Made by a program: the position numbers and the translations under genes
Virus record (IMG/VR): IMGVR_UViG_3300021519_000877
Location: 10,426 to 74,425 of that record
Strand: one strand, 5' to 3'
Length of the DNA: 64,000 nt
From: a virus
Shown: piece by piece, positions 1 through 10,777 of the stretch
Layout: every line of letters begins with the position of its first letter
Position numbering within the stretch: position 1 is the first letter of the stretch
Notes under the pieces: generated by a model
What the model was told of the DNA's origin: nothing
What the model saw: only the letters and a program-made list of their open reading frames with translations
Databases searched by the model: none

Positions 1-1
1 A

Positions 2-1510
2 AAATCATTCAGCGAAATTACAGAACAGATTATTAATGTTACAACTGGATCAACTACATTTGACCTATTACAACCGCCTGGTAATTTAGGTCCATATCAT
101 AGTCAAGTTATTGTAACTAAAAATCAGTTACGTTTAAATCCGCCAGTAACTACATATTACAAAGTATCGGGTAATAATTTAATTTACAATATTAGCGAAT
201 CTATTATGTATCCGCCACGTGCGATTGATTTATTAAGCATTGAGGTTTATGTTAACGGAGTTTTATCACCACCAGTAAGGGGATGGAGATTAAATCAGCA
301 AGACGGACAAATCCATTTTTCTACAAGTGTAATAACTGACGGCGATGTTATCGCTGTTGTAGTGAAGGCCGGTAATGAATATCTGATTGAGAATAATCAA
401 CTAGTATTAACTACAGCCGCGACAATTGGCGATACACTACATGTAACTACCTTTACAAATCACGATCCTGATTTTATTCGTTCAGAACGATATAACGGTA
501 ACAGCTCTAATTATTATAAGATGCAAAGAGCAGTTGTTGATTCCTCATATGTATGGGTTACCTATAACGGCGTGCCATTGATTGCTAACTTAGATTTTAG
601 TGTAGGCACCGACGGATATATCATAAGAGTTCGCAACGGTTTATATCAAGGAACTACAGATAACATAGTAATAACCAGTTTTGCAAAAATTGATTCTCAA
701 TTAACTGCTTACAGAATTTTCAAAGATATGTTAGGACGCACTCATTATAAGAGATTAAGTTCTGAAAATTCTACAGTGGTGATTCAAGATTTCCTTATTT
801 CAGATGAAGTAATACTAGTGCAAGATGCTAGTATGCTAACTCCACCAAATATTTTAATTAATACTCCTGGTATTGTATTGATTAATGGTGAGAGAATTGA
901 ATTCTTTACAATTAACGGAAACGAATTAGGTCAGTTACGTAGAGGCACACTAGGTACTATGCCTCCAACTATACAGCCTGCGGGATCAACAGTGGTCGAT
1001 CAAGGAAGTTTGCAAACACTGCCTTTTGTTGAGTTTGTTCAAAATTATGTAACAGCTACAACAACTTCTACGCAACTTACTTTTGATCTTGCTGGCCATA
1101 TTACATTTAATACAAGCACATCATACACTGATCAGATTGAAGTTTATTATGGTGGAACACCGCTATTAAAACCCGGCAAAGCAACCACAGTTCTACATGA
1201 TTTTGATTCGTCATATGATAGTAGATCTGATGAGGCAGCAATGTCTCCTGGATTTACAATGACAGGAACAACGCTAGTTATTTCAACAACCAGCAACATT
1301 ACATTAACTGGTGGTGTAAAACTAGAAGTAATTTCTCGTAACTCAAAAGTATTTGGAGATAACAAATCTCCTGAAATGAAATTTTTATTAGATAAGACAG
1401 CATCATTACCGGTTGGTACCTTTGACTATGCCAATACTGAAGCACTAGTATACTTAGAATCAGGGTTAATATTAACCGACGAAGAAGACGGACCATTAGA
1501 AGGATTATAA
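2..1510 (+). CDS. Large virion/baseplate structural protein, C-terminal part (5'-truncated by window)
   Basis: Frame open from base 2 into ORF 206..1510; beta-rich phage structural repeats (GIVLINGERIEF, LRRGTLGT); lies among tail genes. Confidence 0.65.
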   Translation, partial: KSFSEITEQIINVTTGSTTFDLLQPPGNLGPYHSQVIVTKNQLRLNPPVTTYYKVSGNNLIYNISESIMYPPRAIDLLSIEVYVNGVLSPPVRGWRLNQQDGQIHFSTSVITDGDVIAVVVKAGNEYLIENNQLVLTTAATIGDTLHVTTFTNHDPDFIRSERYNGNSSNYYKMQRAVVDSSYVWVTYNGVPLIANLDFSVGTDGYIIRVRNGLYQGTTDNIVITSFAKIDSQLTAYRIFKDMLGRTHYKRLSSENSTVVIQDFLISDEVILVQDASMLTPPNILINTPGIVLINGERIEFFTINGNELGQLRRGTLGTMPPTIQPAGSTVVDQGSLQTLPFVEFVQNYVTATTTSTQLTFDLAGHITFNTSTSYTDQIEVYYGGTPLLKPGKATTVLHDFDSSYDSRSDEAAMSPGFTMTGTTLVISTTSNITLTGGVKLEVISRNSKVFGDNKSPEMKFLLDKTASLPVGTFDYANTEALVYLESGLILTDEEDGPLEGL

Positions 1511-1511
1511 C

Positions 1512-2684
1512 ATGACAAGAATTACACAACTACCACTTGCAACAACAATTTCAGAAACAGGAGTATTTGTTATTGTAGATGACGGAATAACAAAAAAACT
1601 TACCTGGCAAACATTACGATCCGGTGCGCTGAAAGGCGACACAGGCGCTAGCGGTCCGACAGGGTCAACGGGGCCAGCTGGCCCAACCGGTCCACGAGGC
1701 ACCACAGGAACAGCGGCATCGGTTGCTGTTGGAACAGTAAGTATTGTCTCTGGCAATCCTACAGTAACCAACGTTGGCGATATGTATACTGCTGTTTTAA
1801 ACTTTGGCTTACCACAAGGTCCTAAAGGCGATACAGGAACACAGGGAGTTGTTGGCCCAACAGGTCCACAGGGAAATACAGGAACACAGGGAGTAGCTGG
1901 TCCTACTGGTGCTCAAGGCGCCCAGGGATCGTCTTCTACTATCCGAGTTGGCACAGTAACTACTGGAAGTCTTGCAGTTACCAACACTGGTACAATTAAT
2001 AATCCAGTATTTAATTTTGTTATTCCAGCAGGCCCCACTGGCGCAACAGGAGCTACTGGGTCTACAGGAACACAGGGAGTAGCTGGCCCACAGGGAAATA
2101 CAGGAACACAGGGAGCAGCTGGCCCACAGGGAAATACAGGAACACAGGGAGCAGCTGGTCCTACTGGTCCTAAGGGCGATACAGGAACCTACATATTAGT
2201 TACTGCAACTACTACAGTTCTTGGCGGTGTTAAGATCGACGGAACATCCATTACTATTGACGGCAGCGGAGTTATTAGTTCTACTGGCGGTGGTGGCAGC
2301 GGATTAACAAGTAGAACTACAGCATCGATTACTACAGTTTCATTAACTGTTGGTGCTAGCACAACAACTAATATTGTTGGATACAAAGGATATGCATTAA
2401 TGAGTATTCAAACATCTGCCGGCGCTTGGGTTACAGTGTATTCAAGTGCAGCCGCAGCCACAGCAGATGCTGCCCGTTCTATTGCAACAGATCCTACAGC
2501 AGGTAGTGGCGTAATTGCTGAAACTATTACAACAGCTTCAGGAACAACATATTTTAGTCCAGGAGTATTTGGTTATAGTAGCGAAGCAATTCCTAGCACT
2601 AATATCCCTGTTAAAGTTTACAACAACAACGGAACAACAACACCTATTACTGTTACACTAACATTACTTAAACTAGAAGCATAA
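1512..2684 (+). CDS. Collagen-like (Gly-X-Y) virion fibre protein
   Basis: N-terminal ITQLPLAT..VIVDDGITKK anchor-type motif, three Gly-X-Y tracts, TATTTVLGGVKID motif, C-terminal beta domain. Confidence 0.85.
   Translation: MTRITQLPLATTISETGVFVIVDDGITKKLTWQTLRSGALKGDTGASGPTGSTGPAGPTGPRGTTGTAASVAVGTVSIVSGNPTVTNVGDMYTAVLNFGLPQGPKGDTGTQGVVGPTGPQGNTGTQGVAGPTGAQGAQGSSSTIRVGTVTTGSLAVTNTGTINNPVFNFVIPAGPTGATGATGSTGTQGVAGPQGNTGTQGAAGPQGNTGTQGAAGPTGPKGDTGTYILVTATTTVLGGVKIDGTSITIDGSGVISSTGGGGSGLTSRTTASITTVSLTVGASTTTNIVGYKGYALMSIQTSAGAWVTVYSSAAAATADAARSIATDPTAGSGVIAETITTASGTTYFSPGVFGYSSEAIPSTNIPVKVYNNNGTTTPITVTLTLLKLEA
2063..2160 (+). repeat. 36-bp tandem repeat (about 3 units) encoding GNTGTQGAAGPQ; related copies at ~1832 and ~1877
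   Basis: tacaggaacacagggag recurs at 2063, 2099, 2135 (36-nt period) and at 1832, 1877. Confidence 0.9.
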
Positions 2685-2685
2685 T

Positions 2686-4350
2686 ATGTCTATTACTCCG
2701 ACTATTTCAACAGAAGAACTTACAATAGGTGTGTATCTCAAACGAGATGCACACGAAAATGGTATGACCTTACAGGAATATACTAACGGAGTTATAGCCG
2801 GGACACAACCAACACTCGAGCATGATGCCTTTGTGTATCAGTTTGGAGCAACAGACGATGCAATTGATTTAGTTACAGAATGGGCCGTAACAAATAATTT
2901 AACAGTGTTAGAATCGCACCACGGTACAGCCGTAGTAAAATTATCAGGCACCGCAGGGCAGTTCAATAACTTATTTGGCATTGAATTACAAACAGTTACT
3001 GATTCTAATAGGACATACAGTTCTTATACCGGACACTTTATTGTTCCTTCTGAAATTAATGATGTTGTTGAAGCAATATTAGGAGTTGATGAGTCAGGCA
3101 CCCTTATGCATAATGCCACCATGGAGGCAAGTAATGCTGGTCCGTTTGATCCAAATGTTATAGTAGGCCCGACTCCTGTTGATCATGCTCTTGCATATAA
3201 ATTTCCAAGAACACCTGGCACTAATCAACAACAAGGATCAGGCGCATGTATAGGAATTATTGAACTTGGCGGCGGATGGACTACACAAAATTTAACCAGC
3301 TCATTCAGTAGAATTGGTTTATCAAATCCCGTAGTAGTAGATTATTCAGTCGATGGCGGAACAAACAATCCAGGGGTGTATGATGCATATGGAGCAAGTG
3401 CTGAAGTTATGCTCGACATTTATTGTGCAGGCGCAGTTTCTCCCGGTGCAAAACAGGTGATATATTTTGCACCAAATACCTACATGGGATTCGTTGATAC
3501 AATATTAGCGGCAGCAAATGATACTGTAAATAATCCTAGCGTTCTTAGTATTAGTTGGGGAACTACTGATACTAACTTTGGAACATTTTATCGAAATCTA
3601 TATGAATCTGCATTTCAAACAGCAGTTGCAAGAGGGATTACAGTTTTTGCATCCACCGGCGACTATGGAGTAAGAGCAGTTAGTGGCGGTGGCCTTTATA
3701 CCCTTGATTATCCAGCATCGAGTCCTTATGTAGTAGGTGCGGGCGGCACAGTTATATCAATCAATAACGATTACACTATTGCTAGTGAAGTGGCATGGGG
3801 AACAGCAGGCGGCTCTACTGCCGGCGGCGGTGGAGTTAGCACACTATTCAGTGTACCGAGCTGGCAAACAGGGCTTGTTTCCACTACCTACCCGGGTAGC
3901 ACTGCAACAACAATCACTGGTAGGTCGATTCCTGATGTATCTACAATGGCCGCGGGTTATTCTTTTTATTGGTATAATTATACAAATTCAAGTAGCGCAG
4001 TTACTAACTCTTTTGGTACGTTTTTAGGCACTAGTGCCGTAGCACCGCTATTAGCAGGAATGATGGCCAGATTAAATCAAGCATCGGGAAAAAGAATTGG
4101 GTTTGTTAATGCAGACTGGTATGCTAATAGCACCACTTGCTTTAACGACATAACATCGGGCGATAATCACGGTGGTAATACTGTTGGTTATAGGGCCAGC
4201 TCTGGTTGGGATGCAGCAACTGGGTTGGGGTCTCCTAAGGGAAATATGCTTTACAAGTTATATAATACTGGTTCAACATTTCCTAAACTTAACTACGGAT
4301 TTAGGCCAACCACTGGTAGCACATATCCTAGAAGACCAAGTATACGATAA
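2686..4350 (+). CDS. Sedolisin/kumamolisin-family (S53) serine-carboxyl protease with pro-domain
   Basis: IGIIELGGG, EVMLD (Glu-x3-Asp), SISWG, STGD oxyanion Asp, GTSAVAP nucleophile, GWDAATGLGSP Ca-site. Confidence 0.92.
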   Translation: MSITPTISTEELTIGVYLKRDAHENGMTLQEYTNGVIAGTQPTLEHDAFVYQFGATDDAIDLVTEWAVTNNLTVLESHHGTAVVKLSGTAGQFNNLFGIELQTVTDSNRTYSSYTGHFIVPSEINDVVEAILGVDESGTLMHNATMEASNAGPFDPNVIVGPTPVDHALAYKFPRTPGTNQQQGSGACIGIIELGGGWTTQNLTSSFSRIGLSNPVVVDYSVDGGTNNPGVYDAYGASAEVMLDIYCAGAVSPGAKQVIYFAPNTYMGFVDTILAAANDTVNNPSVLSISWGTTDTNFGTFYRNLYESAFQTAVARGITVFASTGDYGVRAVSGGGLYTLDYPASSPYVVGAGGTVISINNDYTIASEVAWGTAGGSTAGGGGVSTLFSVPSWQTGLVSTTYPGSTATTITGRSIPDVSTMAAGYSFYWYNYTNSSSAVTNSFGTFLGTSAVAPLLAGMMARLNQASGKRIGFVNADWYANSTTCFNDITSGDNHGGNTVGYRASSGWDAATGLGSPKGNMLYKLYNTGSTFPKLNYGFRPTTGSTYPRRPSIR

Positions 4351-4372
4351 TATGCTTACTTTTATTAGCGAA

Positions 4373-4378
4373 TAAATA
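4373..4378 (+). promoter_or_regulatory. Putative late promoter TAAATA
   Basis: TAAATA 5 nt before ATG 4384; motif recurs before many structural genes. Confidence 0.6.
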
Positions 4379-4383
4379 ACATT

Positions 4384-5046
4384 ATGGAAGATTCAAAAGA
4401 AAACAAAATGACTGAAAACCAACAACAAATTCCTCAACAATCAAAGCCAAATGAGCAGGCAGGTCTGCACATCCAAGGGCATATCAAGATTTTTGACCCA
4501 GAAACTAAAGAAGTATTCATTGATAAGCGTAACGCTATTCACTATGAAAACTTTAGTATTGGTCTAGCACAGGCTATGAGCAATCAAGGCCAGGGATTTA
4601 TCTCTGAAATGTGCTTTGGCAACGGCGGAAGTCGTATTGACCCTACTGGGATCATTACATATTTGACTCCAAATAGTGTTGGATTAAATGCTGATCTATA
4701 TAATAAAACATATACTAAGAATATCGATTCTAACAGCACACTAAATTTAGATCCATCTAGAAATTTTATGGAAGTGCGCCATATTACAGGCACTGCATAT
4801 ACTGATATTTTAGTAAGCTGTTTGTTAGACTTCGGCGAGCCAAGTGGTCAACAAGCATTTGACCAAAGTACCGGTAAGACAGATTATATATTTGATGAAT
4901 TAGGGTTACGAGCTTATAGCCCAGAGGGAGCAGGCGCAGGTATGTTACTAACTCACGTTATTTTTCACCCTGTTCAAAAGTCATTGAATAGATTGCTACA
5001 AATAGATTACACAGTTAGAATTCAAAGTCTAACTAACGGGGCATAA
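4384..5046 (+). CDS. Virion structural protein (baseplate/tail-associated)
   Basis: GHIKIFD..NAIHYEN, FDELGL..THVIFHPVQKS..IDYTVR motifs typical of tail-region proteins of large phages. Confidence 0.6.
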   Translation: MEDSKENKMTENQQQIPQQSKPNEQAGLHIQGHIKIFDPETKEVFIDKRNAIHYENFSIGLAQAMSNQGQGFISEMCFGNGGSRIDPTGIITYLTPNSVGLNADLYNKTYTKNIDSNSTLNLDPSRNFMEVRHITGTAYTDILVSCLLDFGEPSGQQAFDQSTGKTDYIFDELGLRAYSPEGAGAGMLLTHVIFHPVQKSLNRLLQIDYTVRIQSLTNGA

Positions 5047-5048
5047 TA

Positions 5049-6890
5049 ATGGGCGAATACAGAATACTCTACTCTGATCCGGCAAAAAATAGTAGTCCTA
5101 TTATAGTTGCTGATAATTCGCTGAATAAAAATTCTACAAGTTTAACACTTGTTGGCCGTAACTATCCGGGATACGGAGAAACAGTTGAAACTGATCTAGT
5201 TCATCTGTTAGAAAATTTTGCGGCATCTAGTCCTCCTAGTAATCCTATTGAAGGACAGTTATGGTTTGATACTAGCGACCCTAGCTCTAAAGTATTAAAA
5301 ATTAATGATGGCGGCATCAGCGGATCAAGATGGTCTCCTATTAATGGAGTATTTCAACAGCCTAATACACCTACTAATGTTAAGACTGGCGACATCTGGG
5401 TTGATACTGCTAATCAACAATTAAAGTTTTTTAATGGTACCGACTTTACCTTAGTTGGGCCAGACTTTTCGGGCGGATCAAGGACTGGAAGTTACCCTGC
5501 ATCATTAATTGATACAGTTGGACAAACACATAACGTAATTATAAACTATGTCAATGATGAAGCTATTGAAATCATTGCTGCCTCAAACTTTACACCAAAT
5601 CCTGTTATTAACGGGTTTGGATCTTTAAAGCCAGGCCTTAATATTTCATCTTCAAATGTAGGAACAATATCAACTCCTATATATCCACGAATTAATGGTA
5701 TTGCAGAATCATCGTATAACTTACAGATTTCTATTCCATCAAGTCAAAAAATTACAGCTGATGCATTTTTAAGAAATGATATTGATCAGCGTATGTCAGG
5801 ATCATTAAACATTGCTACTGACAACAACTCATTAAAGATTGGTGTAGATCCTACATTCTTGCTTTATAGATCTACTATTGGTAATAAGGCTGTCTTCTCA
5901 AACATTCAAAACAACGGCCAGTTTAATTTTATTATTAACGATTCTAATGGAACTCCAAATAATGTTTTAACAATGCTTGGCGAGAAAAAGTATGTCGGTA
6001 TTAATAATTCCGGACCACAGTTTGAATTAGATGTTGTTGGATCTATTAAAGCTACATCAAGTGCTACAGTTGATACACTATATGTAACAAATACTACAGG
6101 CACTATTAATACAGTTGCAGGCAATGCTGTTCAAGTTGCAGGCGGAGTAGGTATAAGCGGCACGTTGGTAGTTACTGGGGAACACATTCTTCAAGGACCA
6201 TTAACAGTTGGGCAAACTGTGCTTCCGGCAATTGTTCCGGATGATGTTCAATATTCGATAGTATTGCCTACAAGAGATGCTATCTATAATATGGGTGATA
6301 GCAAGTTAAGATGGAAAGCAGTATATGCTAATACATTCTTAGCAACTAACTCCGGAACTCAAGCACAGTTTGTTGGTAATGCAACTTCTGCAACAAAACT
6401 ATCAACACCAAAGAATTTTTATTTAACGGGAGATATTACTGCTCCGACAGTTAGTTTTGATGGTTCGTCATATACTAATATTTTTACTGCTACTGCGCAG
6501 ACAACATTGATTACAGGAAAAGCAAATACATCAACAACATTTGCTTCGGATTCAATATTAGTTTATAGCACAAGTACTACAAAGTTATATCAACACACTA
6601 AAAAAGATTTCCTTAAAGATATAAATTATTACGACATTGCTCCAGGAAATACTCCGTATAGCACTCCTTCTGGAAGTTTAGTTCCGGTCGGAACAATTCT
6701 ACCCTACGTAGGGGTAACTGCTCCAGTAGGTTGGTTATTGTGTAATGGGCAGACTATTTTAATTTCAAATTATCAATATCTATGTACTAACACATTAGCT
6801 GGATATCCGTTTGGCGGCACCGGCGCATCATACAACTTGCCGAACATTCCTGACTTAGCATCGGGCATTAAATATATTATAAAATACTAA
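5049..6890 (+). CDS. Tail fibre/baseplate protein, paralog 1, with C-terminal tail-collar domain
   Basis: SLTLVGRNYPGYGE..LLENFA..GQLWFD N-domain; VPVGTILPY..APVGWLLCNGQ..YNLPN collar motif. Confidence 0.8.
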   Translation: MGEYRILYSDPAKNSSPIIVADNSLNKNSTSLTLVGRNYPGYGETVETDLVHLLENFAASSPPSNPIEGQLWFDTSDPSSKVLKINDGGISGSRWSPINGVFQQPNTPTNVKTGDIWVDTANQQLKFFNGTDFTLVGPDFSGGSRTGSYPASLIDTVGQTHNVIINYVNDEAIEIIAASNFTPNPVINGFGSLKPGLNISSSNVGTISTPIYPRINGIAESSYNLQISIPSSQKITADAFLRNDIDQRMSGSLNIATDNNSLKIGVDPTFLLYRSTIGNKAVFSNIQNNGQFNFIINDSNGTPNNVLTMLGEKKYVGINNSGPQFELDVVGSIKATSSATVDTLYVTNTTGTINTVAGNAVQVAGGVGISGTLVVTGEHILQGPLTVGQTVLPAIVPDDVQYSIVLPTRDAIYNMGDSKLRWKAVYANTFLATNSGTQAQFVGNATSATKLSTPKNFYLTGDITAPTVSFDGSSYTNIFTATAQTTLITGKANTSTTFASDSILVYSTSTTKLYQHTKKDFLKDINYYDIAPGNTPYSTPSGSLVPVGTILPYVGVTAPVGWLLCNGQTILISNYQYLCTNTLAGYPFGGTGASYNLPNIPDLASGIKYIIKY

Positions 6891-6894
6891 AATT

Positions 6895-8775
6895 ATGAGT
6901 TATACATTAAAACTAACCAACGGTAAAATATTATTAACGTTACCTGATCAACAATCAGATGCTATTTCAACGAGTCTAACTTTAATAGGTAAGAACGTTA
7001 ATGCCTACGGTACTGATCTTAATGATAACTTTGTAAGATTGCTAGAAAACTTTGCAAATACTTCTGAACCAACAAGTCCGTTAATCGGGCAAATATGGTT
7101 TAATACTGTAGAGCAACGTATGTATGTTTACAATGCAGCAGATGAATTTAAGCCAGTTGGTGGTCCAATCGTTTCTGCAATACAGCCTGCTGGAATAAGC
7201 AGAGGCGACTTATGGATTGATACCACATCTCGACAATTAAAATTTCATGACGGTGTTAATATAGTTGCAGCCGGTCCTGATTATGATTACTCTAAAGGTA
7301 AATCAGGTTGGGTAGTTGAAACAGTTACAGATAATGTTAACGGTGATCATATAATTGTTGGTTTATACACTAACGGAACACTACAAGGTATTTTAAGTGA
7401 TGTAGCATTTATTCTTAGGTCAGATTTCCAAACAAGCACCGGAATGACCTCAGTTGGAGTTGGCTTTACTGCCAAGGCTCCGATGAAGTTTATTGGTACA
7501 GCAACAAATGCTGAAGCCATTAATGGTGTTAGTGGTGTTAATATTTTAGATCTATCTTCTACATTGCCACAGAATATGAATGCTCCGTTATGGATCTATA
7601 ATGACGAAGGACTAACAGTAGGCACCAACGGAGATATCCAGTTATTTGTAACAGGAACTAACCGCGTAACTACAATGGCATTAGCCGGTGTGCAGGACTT
7701 TGATTTTATCGCTGCTACAAGTACCGGCACATTAAATCATATATTTTATTATAATGCAACTAATCAATGTTTAGGGGTTTACAATACTGATCCACAATTT
7801 GGAGTTGATGTAGTAGGTGATGTTCGTATTCAAGGAAATTTAGAAGTTTACGGTTCGTCAACATATATAACATCCGCTGACTTGCGAGTTGAGAACAAGG
7901 TTATCGAGCTTGGGTATTCAGATACTCTTACAACTGATCTAATGGCCAACGGCGGTGGATTAGAATTGCATGGCTCAACAACTAAAACATTTAAATGGTA
8001 TAGTAGTGCTGATGCATGGACTTCAGGTGAAAATCTTGATTTAGCCTCTGGTAAAGTTTACAAAATTGGCGGTGTTGAAGTATTGAATGGTAATTCCTTG
8101 GGAGTTGCGGTAACTGCGGCCCCTGGATTAGAAACTGTTGGAATTTTAAATTCGCTAACAGTTGGTGTAATTCATATGGAAAATTATTCCATTGGAACCA
8201 CATCAGGTGCGCCACTATTGCTTGGTGTTGCTCCAACTTCTAGTTTAGATGTGCAAGGATTAAAAATATTCAACGTTGGCAATATAAACTACTTAGATCC
8301 AGGTGATGTTGCAACTAACAAATCTTATGTTGACTCAGCAGTAGGTGTTGCTCGTGCAGGTCAGTTTGCTCCAACTATCGATGTTACAGGACATGCTACT
8401 ACACCAGAAGATCCTAACTTAAACGTATTTGTTCTTGGTATGTTACAAATTATGTTACCACCAACAGACCCTAGTCCGTATGGTGTTCCAGAAAACGGTC
8501 GTGCTCGAGTATTAGTAACACGATATGCATCTGGTGCAGTTTCTGCAGTTAGTGACAACATCGGATTCAATAGTGAAAGTGTTTATAGAGCAGGAACTAG
8601 CACACCGGTAAACGTTGTGCAATATCAAACAACTTATGTTGCATCAATAACTGTACCAGCAAGAAATTTAGCAATCAACAGAGCAGTAAAACAATATATT
8701 GTTTCAGGCGGTGTATGGATTCAGTTACCATACGTTGGATCCTCAAACACTGTTTGGTCAGATGGTACATGGTAA
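6895..8775 (+). CDS. Tail fibre/baseplate protein, paralog 2
   Basis: Same N-domain (SLTLIGKN..LLENFA..GQIWFN); ATNKSYVD fibre motif. Confidence 0.75.
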   Translation: MSYTLKLTNGKILLTLPDQQSDAISTSLTLIGKNVNAYGTDLNDNFVRLLENFANTSEPTSPLIGQIWFNTVEQRMYVYNAADEFKPVGGPIVSAIQPAGISRGDLWIDTTSRQLKFHDGVNIVAAGPDYDYSKGKSGWVVETVTDNVNGDHIIVGLYTNGTLQGILSDVAFILRSDFQTSTGMTSVGVGFTAKAPMKFIGTATNAEAINGVSGVNILDLSSTLPQNMNAPLWIYNDEGLTVGTNGDIQLFVTGTNRVTTMALAGVQDFDFIAATSTGTLNHIFYYNATNQCLGVYNTDPQFGVDVVGDVRIQGNLEVYGSSTYITSADLRVENKVIELGYSDTLTTDLMANGGGLELHGSTTKTFKWYSSADAWTSGENLDLASGKVYKIGGVEVLNGNSLGVAVTAAPGLETVGILNSLTVGVIHMENYSIGTTSGAPLLLGVAPTSSLDVQGLKIFNVGNINYLDPGDVATNKSYVDSAVGVARAGQFAPTIDVTGHATTPEDPNLNVFVLGMLQIMLPPTDPSPYGVPENGRARVLVTRYASGAVSAVSDNIGFNSESVYRAGTSTPVNVVQYQTTYVASITVPARNLAINRAVKQYIVSGGVWIQLPYVGSSNTVWSDGTW

Positions 8776-8788
8776 GGAAAAGGATTAA

Positions 8789-10762
8789 ATGGCATACACT
8801 ATAAGTAAATCAAACGGCGGAACACTAATACTATTAAACGATGGTTTAGCAGATAATCAGGTAACCTCGTTAACCCTTGTTGGTAAGAATGTTAGTAATT
8901 TTGGCGATGCTCAAAATGAAAACTTTGTTCACATATTAGAAAACTTTGCTTCTGCGTTTGAGCCTCGCTCACCGATGCAAGGGCAGATATGGTTTGACTC
9001 TAGTTCTAATGTATTCCGTCCAGCAGTATTCGACGGAACTAACTGGAGACCGATTGCTACTTTACTTTACAGTAATACAACTACTGATACATTAGTTAAT
9101 GCAGGATTTAATAATTTTGCAGCATCAAATCCTGGTGATTTCTGGTTTAATAGTTCTAGCAAACAACTACATGTAATTACAAGCCTTGCAAACGATATGA
9201 CCTTAATTGGTCCCGAAGCAGTGTATGGCTTTGGTGTTACAAAAATGTCATCGGTTAGTATAAAAGATATAAGCAACGTTGCACATCCTGTTATTAAAAT
9301 GATAGTAGATGGCACAGTTATTGGAGTTGTAAGCACACTTACATTTGCCACTAACGAAGTTGACCCGTATAATATCTATAAAGGTATTACTCTTTCATCT
9401 AACTCTGCTCTAGCTGCAGGCACTATTTGGGCAACTACTCTTAACGGCAATTTGGTAGCTGGTCAGATTACCGCCGACAACGCTGATATTACTGCATTAC
9501 TTGGAGTAACGGCTGCGATCGAAACCGTTAACGTTGATACACTTAATGGAACTACTGGTAATTTTACTACTGTTTCTGGAGATGTTGTTAATGGATCTAC
9601 AGTAAATGCTTCTACAGTTAATGCTACAAATTTAACAGCGTCCGGCACAGGACTTATTACAGGTACTTGGAAGTTAAACACAAACAGTTATCTTACACCA
9701 AATACTGACGGCTCAAATGATTTAGGAACTAGTTCACTTAGATTTAACAATGTTTATTCTAAAGCACTGAGCACAGGTAACTCTGCAAGTGCTGGAGATA
9801 TTATAGGATACTGGAAATTAACTTCTGGGTCATCATTTACTCCTACAACGGACTTAGGTAACGACCTTGGAGCATCAAGCAAACGATTCGGTACAGTATA
9901 TACTTCAGGAATATCAGCAAGTAATGGTGGCAATGTAATCTCAGTAACAGGTTCCCCAAATATATCAGGCAATGTTACTCCCGCAATCGATAATCTGTAT
10001 AGTTTAGGATCTGGCGCTCAAATGTGGGCAGAGGTTTTTGCAGACAACATTCAAACAAATGCAGTAGATACTACTCAAATAAATTCTGTCAATGGTACAA
10101 TTAACACTTTATCTGTAATAAATGCAACAATTACCACGTTAACTGATGCATATTCTCATACTATTAGCCAGTTTGATACAGATGGATCTCTTGCCACAAA
10201 CTCAGATGCACGACTTGCAACACAGCGAGCAATTAAGACATATGTTGATTATGTTGCTCAAGGGTTAACTAATTTAATCAATGCAATTCCAACACCCGAT
10301 ACTGATGGGACATTAGCTGCTAACTCTAATTCAAGATTAGCAACACAGCGGGCTACAAAGACTTACGTTGACAATACTCGTTCGATATTGCAAACTGAAA
10401 TAGATAACATTCCTCGTGGTGGTTTTGGAACGGACCAAACGTATGAGAATGTAACAGTTGCTAGAAACTTTGGTACCTCATATGTTAATACTACAGGCAA
10501 GACCATGTGGGTTAATGCAACAGTTTCAACAGCTGATACTGACGGTGATGACCCATTCCAGTGGACCATTGCATTTGTAAATGGTATGGAAATTACTCGA
10601 CAAGTGTGGTTAAACAATTATACAGGTGCCCCGTGCCAGATGACATTACAGTTTTTTGTTCCACCAGGAGCTTCCTACTATGTTAATATCTATACTACAG
10701 ATGAACCACCAAATCAACTATCGTTTGGCCAGTCGATATTAAACTGGATCGAATTTAGATAA
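8789..10762 (+). CDS. Tail fibre protein, paralog 3
   Basis: Same N-domain; DLG..S.RF..VY repeats; duplicated LATQRAxKTYVD; C-terminal YVNTTGK..VPPGASY fibre-tip-like domain. Confidence 0.75.
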   Translation: MAYTISKSNGGTLILLNDGLADNQVTSLTLVGKNVSNFGDAQNENFVHILENFASAFEPRSPMQGQIWFDSSSNVFRPAVFDGTNWRPIATLLYSNTTTDTLVNAGFNNFAASNPGDFWFNSSSKQLHVITSLANDMTLIGPEAVYGFGVTKMSSVSIKDISNVAHPVIKMIVDGTVIGVVSTLTFATNEVDPYNIYKGITLSSNSALAAGTIWATTLNGNLVAGQITADNADITALLGVTAAIETVNVDTLNGTTGNFTTVSGDVVNGSTVNASTVNATNLTASGTGLITGTWKLNTNSYLTPNTDGSNDLGTSSLRFNNVYSKALSTGNSASAGDIIGYWKLTSGSSFTPTTDLGNDLGASSKRFGTVYTSGISASNGGNVISVTGSPNISGNVTPAIDNLYSLGSGAQMWAEVFADNIQTNAVDTTQINSVNGTINTLSVINATITTLTDAYSHTISQFDTDGSLATNSDARLATQRAIKTYVDYVAQGLTNLINAIPTPDTDGTLAANSNSRLATQRATKTYVDNTRSILQTEIDNIPRGGFGTDQTYENVTVARNFGTSYVNTTGKTMWVNATVSTADTDGDDPFQWTIAFVNGMEITRQVWLNNYTGAPCQMTLQFFVPPGASYYVNIYTTDEPPNQLSFGQSILNWIEFR

Positions 10763-10777
10763 TACTACGGATAAATT

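Noticed and set aside
2063-2160. 36-bp repeats as a CRISPR array
   Set aside because: No unique spacers; in-frame collagen coding repeats; no cas genes
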